This document shows positions 1 through 6,535 of a stretch of 19,091 nt of DNA, in pieces (the first letter of the stretch is position 1; the number at the start of each line of letters is the position of its first letter). The translations under genes and the position numbers were made by a program. The notes under the pieces were generated by a model, which was given only the letters and a program-made list of their open reading frames with translations, was not told the DNA's origin and did no database searches. Source of the DNA: a virus (taxonomy: Duplodnaviria; Heunggongvirae; Uroviricota; Caudoviricetes); the IMG/VR virus record IMGVR_UViG_3300033156_000141, positions 1 to 19,091 of that record, one strand, 5' to 3'.

Positions 1-1
1 A

Positions 2-472
2 GATGGTAAGAAGCTCAAAGGATACTTTATCCTTAAGAGAGCTGGTAATGGATGGGTATTTATGAGAAGTAAGCTACCAAGTTCAGAAATGTCAAGAGTG
101 TTTGAAATGATGGAACTATATTATCAGCTGTTAGCAGCTGGTGATCCTAGAACAGGAGAACCATTTGATCCATTCCAAATAGAAGAGAAGAGAGGATGGG
201 ATCATTTCATAGTACATATCTATGATATACGTAAGTTTACTAGAGTAGAACCAGATGAGAAAGTAAAGAAGTATCTACCAGATCTAGAAATTCCAGAAGG
301 AGTGGAAATAGCTATAGGGCTGTATCCTGTACCAGGTAAGATACATCATGCTAGAGTAGCTTATGTAACGTTTAAATCTGACAAATGGGACTATGATAAA
401 GCAGTAAACTGGATTAAGAAAAACAAGCTACATGAGTTTGTTAGATCTCAGATAAGGGAGAAGAGGAAATGA
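2..472 (+). CDS. 5'-truncated protein (frame open from the window edge); N-terminal fragment resembles the C-terminal end of a LigD-type 3'-phosphoesterase domain, followed by an uncharacterised head-module domain
   Basis: The frame of the 62..472 ORF has no stop back to nt 2 and reads DGKKLKGYFILKRAGNGWVFMRSKLP, resembling the G-x-KLKG-x-F-x-L-x-R...W motif that ends LigD PE domains (recognised by eye). The stop overlaps the next ATG (ATGA 469-472). Confidence 0.6.
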   Translation, partial: DGKKLKGYFILKRAGNGWVFMRSKLPSSEMSRVFEMMELYYQLLAAGDPRTGEPFDPFQIEEKRGWDHFIVHIYDIRKFTRVEPDEKVKKYLPDLEIPEGVEIAIGLYPVPGKIHHARVAYVTFKSDKWDYDKAVNWIKKNKLHEFVRSQIREKRK

Positions 473-804
473 GTATGAATAAATGGATTAATAAAGTTAA
501 GGAAACTATCAAAGAAATAGAGTCTATAGATCCTAAAGACAGACTTGAATATGTTAATGGAATAAACAAATGTAACAAAGCTATATTAGCTTCATACATG
601 GGATGGAATGCATGGCTTACCAACCCATCTATTATGAGTGGCTTTAATGAAGATGAGCTTAAACAGATACTATCAGAGTTTAAAGAGATAGCAACTAAAA
701 TACTCAGGAATGATGTTAAGTGGACTGAACACATGATAAAGAAGCTTAATGTAAAAGATGAGGAGTATGATATCGATACTAATGCACAGTTCTATGTTAG
801 TTAA
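469..804 (+). CDS. DUF2153-like archaeal protein
   Basis: Pattern W..K...E....DRL......S..GW..WL.NP.IM..F..DEL.....F......DV..T matches my recollection of the archaeal DUF2153 family. ATGA coupling to the upstream gene; the start may be Met1 or Met3. Confidence 0.6.
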   Translation: MSMNKWINKVKETIKEIESIDPKDRLEYVNGINKCNKAILASYMGWNAWLTNPSIMSGFNEDELKQILSEFKEIATKILRNDVKWTEHMIKKLNVKDEEYDIDTNAQFYVS

Positions 805-806
805 TA

Positions 807-814
807 TTTAAATT
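807..814 (+). promoter_or_regulatory. Putative archaeal TATA box (TTTAAATT) for the protease-scaffold-capsid operon
   Basis: Lies in a 36-nt AT-rich gap and ends 26 nt before ATG 841, the spacing expected for a leaderless or short-leader archaeal transcript. Overlaps an imperfect inverted repeat AATTATAGT..ACTATTAATT (811-835). No clear BRE. Confidence 0.4.
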
Positions 815-840
815 ATAGTATATGCACTATTAATTGTGGG

Positions 841-2907
841 ATGGTTTCAATGAGTGATAGTATTGTTAATGAGCTAATAGCTGAAAATACCTATCTTAGA
901 CAAGAAATAGAAAAGCTTACCAAGAGGAATATATCAGACACAGTTGAAGTTGAGACACTATCAGATTTCTCTGTAGTAGAAGAGCTTGCAGACAAGCTCA
1001 GAATTTCAGGTATTCTGTTAGCTGAGGGCATATGGAATGGTGTTCTTTATTCCAAGGAAGAGATTAAAAAGATGTACAAGAGATTCAAGGATAAGCTTTC
1101 TAAACTTCCAGTAAGAATAGAGCATGAAAGAGATGATGAGTTTGGTTCAAAGGCTGTAGGACAACACACCAATGTTGAGTGGTCTGATACTCTTGGAGCT
1201 ATTTTGTATGAAGCTGAGATAACAGATCCTAAAGCTATAGAAGAGCTAAAGAACGGTAGATTTGTAGGTACTAGCTTGAAGCTATATCTGAAGAAAGAGA
1301 ATGTTGGTGGTGTTGATAAAGGAATAGATCTCGAACCAGTAGATAACTCTCTAACAAGTGCACCAGCTTGTGAATCATGTATTATAGTTAATGCTGAAGA
1401 GCTAAGTAAAGGCTCAGAACAAGCTATGTTAAAGTTTTATGGAGTAATAAAGGAAATAAATAAAAGTGATGACGTTCATATAGAGGATAAGGAGGAGACA
1501 AATATGAGTAAAGAAAACACAGAAAAAGAGCCTCAAGAGAACTCATCTATAGAAGAGACATTTGAGCTTAAACAAGATATGGTAGCTGTTCTACCTATAC
1601 TGAAACCTAGAGAAAGAGAAGTAGAGCTTGAGTTTATGCCTGCTGATGAAGCTATCAAGAATCATAGAGTGATATATGGTTTCTATCCAGCTGGGAAATA
1701 TCCAGTATCTAAGAAGAAAGCTAAGGTGAAAATTTACTACTATTATTATCCATACTATGGTTATCCACACTATCCTTACTATCCACATTACCCAGGCTAT
1801 AGTTACTATCCACAGTATGGCTATCCGTCTTATGAATACTATAAATACTATCCATATTACAAGGAAGGATATCCATATCCACAGTACTATTATCATCCAG
1901 GTTATAGTTACTATCCTCAATATCCAGTTCCTCAGTACTACTACTATGAATATCCATCTGGTCCAAGATCAGAGAAAGAGAGACTAATAGCTCACTTTGG
2001 AAAAGAAACAGCTGAGAAGCTTCTAGAGTTAATTGGCGATTTAGCTTACAAGCTTCTACCACCTAGAGGCACAGGAGCTCGTTTGACTGATGAAGAGCTA
2101 GAGGAGATAGAGGAACTAGGAGAATATAAGATAGTTAGAAACAAGAAGACTGGTAAGTATATTGTTATGGAGAAACAGAAAGATGGAAAAATGAAGATTC
2201 TAAAACAGTTTGATACTAAGGAAGAAGCTGAGAAGTTCATAGCTAGTCTTAATATTGCAGCTGGTAATTTAAGTAAGGAGAAAGAGGAACAAGCTAAGTT
2301 TAAATGTCCAGTGTGTGGAGAGGAATTCGATACTAAAGAGGAAATGATAGATCATTTCAACAAGGAACATGCTGATAAATATGGTAAGTATGGTGAAGGC
2401 AAGTATCCAGAACCTGAGAAGCAATCCAAGAATAAGGAAGAGAACTCTGAGGAATCATTAAATATAAACACTGATACAGAGAATGAAAATACTAAAGAAG
2501 AGAGTGATAGTGAAGAAATGTCTGATAAAGAGACAGCTACTAACGAAGAGAATAATGAACAATCTACACAGGAACAAGCTCCCACACAAGAACAAGCTCC
2601 TGAGAAACAAGAACAGGATACTCAAGAATCTAAGACAAATGAAGAGTCTAAGAATGAGACAAAGACTCAGGAACAGGAACCAGAGAAAGAATCATCTGAC
2701 TCTAACAAAGAAGAATCTAAAGAAGGAGAGGAATCTAAAGAAGAGTCCAAAGAAGGAGAATCTACTACACAGGAACAAACTCCTCAACAGAGTCAAGATG
2801 AAACCATCCCATCACCAGCTGAAATAGCTAAAATAATAGCTGAGAAAGGACTAATAGCTGATGTGTTAATAGCTGACTTCAGAAAGAGACGTGAGGCTCA
2901 AATATAA
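841..2907 (+). CDS. Prohead (capsid maturation) protease fused to a multi-domain scaffold-like region
   Basis: aa ~50-185 resemble a phage prohead protease (ISGILLAEGIWNG, PVRIEH with candidate His, GRFVGTSL with candidate Ser, DNSLTSAPAC). Then a Tyr/Pro tract, small globular segments, a C2H2 finger, an acidic low-complexity linker and a short helical C-terminus. Lies upstream of the capsid gene. Confidence 0.75.
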   Translation: MVSMSDSIVNELIAENTYLRQEIEKLTKRNISDTVEVETLSDFSVVEELADKLRISGILLAEGIWNGVLYSKEEIKKMYKRFKDKLSKLPVRIEHERDDEFGSKAVGQHTNVEWSDTLGAILYEAEITDPKAIEELKNGRFVGTSLKLYLKKENVGGVDKGIDLEPVDNSLTSAPACESCIIVNAEELSKGSEQAMLKFYGVIKEINKSDDVHIEDKEETNMSKENTEKEPQENSSIEETFELKQDMVAVLPILKPREREVELEFMPADEAIKNHRVIYGFYPAGKYPVSKKKAKVKIYYYYYPYYGYPHYPYYPHYPGYSYYPQYGYPSYEYYKYYPYYKEGYPYPQYYYHPGYSYYPQYPVPQYYYYEYPSGPRSEKERLIAHFGKETAEKLLELIGDLAYKLLPPRGTGARLTDEELEEIEELGEYKIVRNKKTGKYIVMEKQKDGKMKILKQFDTKEEAEKFIASLNIAAGNLSKEKEEQAKFKCPVCGEEFDTKEEMIDHFNKEHADKYGKYGEGKYPEPEKQSKNKEENSEESLNINTDTENENTKEESDSEEMSDKETATNEENNEQSTQEQAPTQEQAPEKQEQDTQESKTNEESKNETKTQEQEPEKESSDSNKEESKEGEESKEESKEGESTTQEQTPQQSQDETIPSPAEIAKIIAEKGLIADVLIADFRKRREAQI
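1735..1956 (+). repeat. Tyr/Pro-rich low-complexity coding tract with a duplicated PGYSYYPQY
   Basis: 74 codons: 38 Tyr and 15 Pro by hand count. PGYSYYPQY at 1792-1818 and 1897-1923 with synonymous differences. Confidence 0.95.
2299..2370 (+). other. C2H2 zinc finger within the protease/scaffold protein
   Basis: F-K-C-P-V-C-G-E-E-F-D-T-K-E-E-M-I-D-H-F-N-K-E-H fits the classical F-x-C-x2-C-x3-F-x8-H-x4-H pattern. Confidence 0.85.
2566..2763 (+). repeat. Short tandem coding repeats in the acidic linker (TQEQAP x2; EESK/EESKEG x3)
   Basis: TQEQAPTQEQAP at 2566-2601; EESKEGEESKEESKEGES at 2710-2763. Confidence 0.85.
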
Positions 2908-3161
2908 TGGATCAGACACAGTTACTATTGCAGATACTTGCTAAGTTGGAAAGCTTAGAGAAGAGAATAGAGACTCTAGAGAAGAAAGAAGAAGAGCTGA
3001 CACAGGAAGAGAATAAGCAAGCTGTGTTTGCATCTCTGAGAAGAGTAGAAGAGCTGACGAATCGTCTGAAGGATGTTAGAGCTCAAGTACAACCACTACT
3101 TGAGAAAGCTGCTGATGCAGCTATAGAACACTATAAGGTTCAACCACCTAAGAGGAGATGA
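2907..3161 (+). CDS. Small coiled-coil protein, putative scaffolding protein (paralog A)
   Basis: 84 aa with heptad-like L/E/K pattern; TAATG coupling to the protease gene; C-terminus AADAAIEHYKVQPPKRR is shared with the next ORF. Confidence 0.65.
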   Translation: MDQTQLLLQILAKLESLEKRIETLEKKEEELTQEENKQAVFASLRRVEELTNRLKDVRAQVQPLLEKAADAAIEHYKVQPPKRR

Positions 3162-3412
3162 AAATGACAGATATAGATACTCTGTTACAAATACTTGAAC
3201 GTCTTAAACAGATAGAAGAGCTTACAAAGAGAGTTGAGAAGCTAGAGAAAGAGATAGAGATATTAAAGAAGACTTCAAAAGAGCTAGCTATGAACAAGAT
3301 TACCAAAGATCTAACTAGTAAGATGGATCTACGTGAGAGACTTGGTTTAGCTGCTAATTTAGCTATTAAGCACTATGAAGTAGAACCACCCAAAAGGAGG
3401 GTATCTGGATGA
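3158..3412 (+). CDS. Small coiled-coil protein, putative scaffolding protein (paralog B)
   Basis: 84 aa; shares LLQIL..L...E and AANLAIKHYEVEPPKRR with paralog A; ATGA overlaps at both ends. Confidence 0.65.
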   Translation: MKMTDIDTLLQILERLKQIEELTKRVEKLEKEIEILKKTSKELAMNKITKDLTSKMDLRERLGLAANLAIKHYEVEPPKRRVSG

Positions 3413-4479
3413 GAGAGAAAGATTTGGTTGAATTAGCTTTAGGTACAGCTGATGTTCAACAGATTACTCCTAGAATTATAGCTAAGACTGTTGATTTTGT
3501 ATCTAGAAGAAAAACTGTAGTATCTCAGATATTTAGAGAGAACAGAGATCTTGAGAAGGTCAAAGCTAGGAGTATTGTTCTTCCTAACGTTACTGAAAGT
3601 ATAACAGTCGAGTCTGTTTCTGAAGGAGGTTCTGTTTCTACTTCCAGTACAATCTCATATACTGGTACCACTGTTGAAGTATCTAAGTTTGGTATAAGAC
3701 TTGAAATAGATAATGAAGCTCTTGAAACTCCAGTAAGAGATGTTCTTAAAGACTTTTTGTATGAAGCTGGTAGAAAGCTGGCTGAAGAACTTGATCTACG
3801 TGCTCAGACTATAGCTCTTGATTTAAAGTCTGGTACGATAACCAGCTGGAGTGGTGGTACACTTGGAAGTACTACACTAACACCGATAGTTGCTATCACT
3901 TCTGTATCACCTGGAGCTACTATAAGTGCAGTTGACTATTATGATGGTAAGGTTCTATTATCAAGTTCTGTATCAGCTGCTACAGTTACATTTCTGTATT
4001 CAAATAGATGCAAATCATCTGGTCTGGTAGTTGATGCTAATAATAAATCAAGTCTTACTGCATGGGACATACTCAATCTTAGATCTACGTTGTTAGCTGC
4101 CACTCTCAATCCAGATATAGTTTTGATAAATAGTAATGAAGTGTCTACTTTATTGTATGATCCAGATGTTTCATCTTTGTTTATAAATGCTAAGCTCTAC
4201 GACAAAGATCTGATAAATGGTGAGATAGGCATGATAGCTGATCTAAAAGTAGCGGAGTCACCACTTGTTCCAGAAGGAATAGCTATTATGGTTGATACCA
4301 GTAGACTAGGGTATCATGTTATAAAGAGAGATTTGGAAGCTGAAGAAGAGAACAAACCAGCAATAGATAGAACATGGTATCATCTATGGACAGAGAGAGA
4401 ATTTGCAGTAGCTGATGACAATGCAATTGGTATAATTGTTAATGCAAAGTCTGGAAGCTTCAGTGCTTCTGACTTATAG
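3409..4479 (+). CDS. Major capsid protein, HK97 fold, with a beta-rich insertion
   Basis: Motif order typical of HK97 MCPs: ITPRII, E-loop VSEGG, KFGIRLEIDNE, spine helix GRKLAEELDL, NPDIVLIN, GEIGMIADLKVAESPLVPEG, C-terminal EREFAVADDNAIGII. 356 aa; follows protease and scaffolds. Confidence 0.88.
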   Translation: MREKDLVELALGTADVQQITPRIIAKTVDFVSRRKTVVSQIFRENRDLEKVKARSIVLPNVTESITVESVSEGGSVSTSSTISYTGTTVEVSKFGIRLEIDNEALETPVRDVLKDFLYEAGRKLAEELDLRAQTIALDLKSGTITSWSGGTLGSTTLTPIVAITSVSPGATISAVDYYDGKVLLSSSVSAATVTFLYSNRCKSSGLVVDANNKSSLTAWDILNLRSTLLAATLNPDIVLINSNEVSTLLYDPDVSSLFINAKLYDKDLINGEIGMIADLKVAESPLVPEGIAIMVDTSRLGYHVIKRDLEAEEENKPAIDRTWYHLWTEREFAVADDNAIGIIVNAKSGSFSASDL

Positions 4480-4532
4480 CTTAAACAACCTTATTTTTAA
4501 ATACTTGTTTTAGTTAGTTAATATGGGAGATA
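4480..4532 (+). promoter_or_regulatory. Intergenic T-rich segment: candidate oligo-T terminator and/or TATA box (TTTAAATA 4496-4503)
   Basis: TTATTTTT directly after the MCP stop. TTTAAATA ends 29 nt before GTG 4533. Contains GTTAGTTAATAT (4513-4524), identical to 796-807. Confidence 0.4.
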
Positions 4533-4901
4533 GTGTTGAGTGTATATTGTAAAAGAGAGAAACCAGTAGGTCAATCTGATGTTCTAGCTTCAGAGACAGG
4601 TATATCTGGAGAAATAGATACTGATACAGATTCTTCTCCAGTTACTGTTTATACTCCACCATCTGGATATAAAGTTAGTACAAGAGCTGTTCATCTATTT
4701 ACTGATAGTACAGCTGGAGAAATCGAAACTAGATTTTCGTCTGGTAAGATAATCGCTAAGATCTATTGTGCTGTTCACACAATGCTATCTCTTCCAGAAA
4801 TAAAGCTCGATGGAGAAATAGATGATCCAATAGAAATAATCTGGGATAGCACTAGTCCTAATTGCAAGATATTTTATCAGATAAGATTCAAGATACTATA
4901 A
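4533..4901 (+). CDS. Hypothetical beta-rich virion protein (possible head decoration/cement protein)
   Basis: 122 aa; GTG start after GGGAG; TVYTPPSG plus alternating hydrophobic strands; sole gene between MCP and tail tube. Function inferred from position only. Confidence 0.55.
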   Translation: MLSVYCKREKPVGQSDVLASETGISGEIDTDTDSSPVTVYTPPSGYKVSTRAVHLFTDSTAGEIETRFSSGKIIAKIYCAVHTMLSLPEIKLDGEIDDPIEIIWDSTSPNCKIFYQIRFKIL

Positions 4902-4937
4902 GTTTTTATATTATTTAGCTACTATTTTATTTGGAAA

Positions 4938-4988
4938 CTCCCAAGTGGGAGCTTCTATAAATAGAACCTAACAAGTGTTAGGTGGAGG
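4938..4988 (+). promoter_or_regulatory. Three abutting inverted repeats around a TATAAATA box, followed by the SD of the tail tube gene
   Basis: CTCCC-AAGT-GGGAG (4938-4951), TTCTA-TAAA-TAGAA (4953-4966), ACCTAAC-AAGT-GTTAGGT (4966-4983); TATAAATA at 4956-4963; GGAGG at 4984-4988. Confidence 0.55.
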
Positions 4989-4996
4989 ATAAGAGT

Positions 4997-5941
4997 ATGA
5001 GCTATTTCACAGATAGATGGGTTAAATTTAGTAAAGAGACTACATGGGGAGAATGGACAACTCCTAGTACATTTCCTAACTATTTGACAGACTGGGCAGC
5101 TACTACTACAGAGAATAAGAATGAAGAGGATCTTATTGGTGGAAGTAGAGACTGGAGAAAAGTTACATGGCTAGAGGAAGGTGTAGTTGCTAGATGGACA
5201 CAGGAGATGGTGTCTGGTAAGATATTTGAATATATACTAGGTTCTACTACTGATACGTCTACTACACCAGTTACATACTCTCCAGCTTCATCATTACCTT
5301 CAATGAGTATCTATAGAGGACTATATCCAGATGAAAATGGAGACACTATAAGTCTAGGATACTATGGTATGAAAGTGGATACAGCTGAGATAACTATTGA
5401 ACAAGGTTCAGATGTACAAATAGAATTGAACTTTGCTGGTAAAGGAGTAACATTACCTACTGCATCAGCTAAACCTTCACTAGATATGACTGTTATGCCA
5501 TTTTCGTTCTATCACTCAAGTATAGATGTTACACATCCCAATGGACAATTTACAGCTACTATGGCAACTAGGTTACGGATCAGTGTAAATAACAACCTAG
5601 AAGCTAGGCTATCGGCTGGTGCTCAGGATTATAGACCAGTTGAAATAAGAGAGGGAGGATTGGAAGTTACTGGAAGATTGACTGTTGGAGGTAACTTTGG
5701 TGAACTGAGCTCTATTGTTCTCAATAGACAGACATGTACTATACAGGTATATTTGATAAAGACAGAGCATACAATACAGATTACTTTGAATAATGTTACA
5801 TTTGGAGAGCTACCAGATGAACTCTCTGGACTTGATGTCATAGAAGGAGAGTTTCCATTCTCAGCTAGACCTAGCTCTGGAAATGATGCTATTAAAGTGA
5901 TAGAGGACTTTAGTGGAACATGGGATAGTCTACCATACTAG
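4997..5941 (+). CDS. Tail tube (major tail) protein
   Basis: FSKETTWGE near the N-terminus, ISVNNNLE and EIREGGLEVTGRLT are motifs of siphoviral tail tube proteins. Start reassigned from GTG 4982 to ATG 4997 because GGAGG lies 8 nt upstream of it. Confidence 0.82.
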   Translation: MSYFTDRWVKFSKETTWGEWTTPSTFPNYLTDWAATTTENKNEEDLIGGSRDWRKVTWLEEGVVARWTQEMVSGKIFEYILGSTTDTSTTPVTYSPASSLPSMSIYRGLYPDENGDTISLGYYGMKVDTAEITIEQGSDVQIELNFAGKGVTLPTASAKPSLDMTVMPFSFYHSSIDVTHPNGQFTATMATRLRISVNNNLEARLSAGAQDYRPVEIREGGLEVTGRLTVGGNFGELSSIVLNRQTCTIQVYLIKTEHTIQITLNNVTFGELPDELSGLDVIEGEFPFSARPSSGNDAIKVIEDFSGTWDSLPY

Positions 5942-5953
5942 AGGTGATAGATA

Positions 5954-6358
5954 GTGACTAAGGATAAGATAGTAACTATCAACGATATAATAGATAGACC
6001 AGTTCATACTATAGATGTACCTGGGTTTGGAAAAGTAAAATATGTAGATCCAACTATGGGAGATAGACTAGATGCTGTAAAAGAGGCTAAGGAAGATCCT
6101 AGATGGGAACACTTGGATGAAGCTCAGAAGCTGTCTCTAATATCTGACTTCGTTGTGCTCAAGATGCTAGTAGAGCCAAAGATAACTAAGGAACAATACT
6201 ATAAGTCTTCTGTTATTGCTCTTGGAAACATAATGGATGCTGTATGGACTGACTATAACATTAGATATCTAAAGCTTAGAGAGAAGAGACAGAAACAGAT
6301 AAAGGATTTTTTAGAACTAACGAAGGAAAGCTTTCCATTGAATATTACTACATTCTAA
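5954..6358 (+). CDS. Tail assembly chaperone (gpG-like)
   Basis: 134 aa between tail tube and tape measure; GAGGTGA SD at 5941-5947; slippery heptamer near the 3' end. Confidence 0.78.
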   Translation: MTKDKIVTINDIIDRPVHTIDVPGFGKVKYVDPTMGDRLDAVKEAKEDPRWEHLDEAQKLSLISDFVVLKMLVEPKITKEQYYKSSVIALGNIMDAVWTDYNIRYLKLREKRQKQIKDFLELTKESFPLNITTF

Positions 6359-6534
6359 AAGAGAACAACTATGACTTTCAGAGAGCTTCAAGGATATTCA
6401 GGAATCTCACCGATATTCAGAGAATGTGGCTATCAGAGATGATAGACATGGAGATAAGAAGACAGAAGAAGGATGAATCACTACATAGGACAGCTGCTAA
6501 AGTATTTGGTTCAAGACGTAGGAGAGTGATATGA
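6307..6534 (+). CDS. -1 frameshift extension of the tail assembly chaperone (gpGT-like; fusion about 193 aa), absent from the ORF track
   Basis: In-frame codons GAT TTT TTA give the heptamer T TTT TTA (6307-6313). The -1 frame (FFRTNEGKLSIEYYYILKE...KVFGSRRRRVI) is open to TGA 6532-6534, one base before the tape measure ATG. Confidence 0.85.
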   Translation, partial: FFRTNEGKLSIEYYYILKENNYDFQRASRIFRNLTDIQRMWLSEMIDMEIRRQKKDESLHRTAAKVFGSRRRRVI

Positions 6535-6535
6535 T

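Noticed and set aside
1591-2062. ORFs 1591..1920 (-), 1721..2062 (-) and 1757..1987 (+)
   Set aside because: Off-frame or antisense readings of the Tyr/Pro tract; low-complexity products fully inside the protease gene.
2046-2827. ORFs 2046..2240 (-), 2352..2585 (-) and 2483..2827 (+)
   Set aside because: Shadows of the purine-rich Glu/Lys linker (Ser/Phe/Leu-rich antisense, Lys/Asn-rich frame shift).
6359-6535. Apparent 177-nt non-coding gap that might hold an ncRNA or promoter
   Set aside because: Fully explained by the open -1 frame of the frameshifted tail chaperone.
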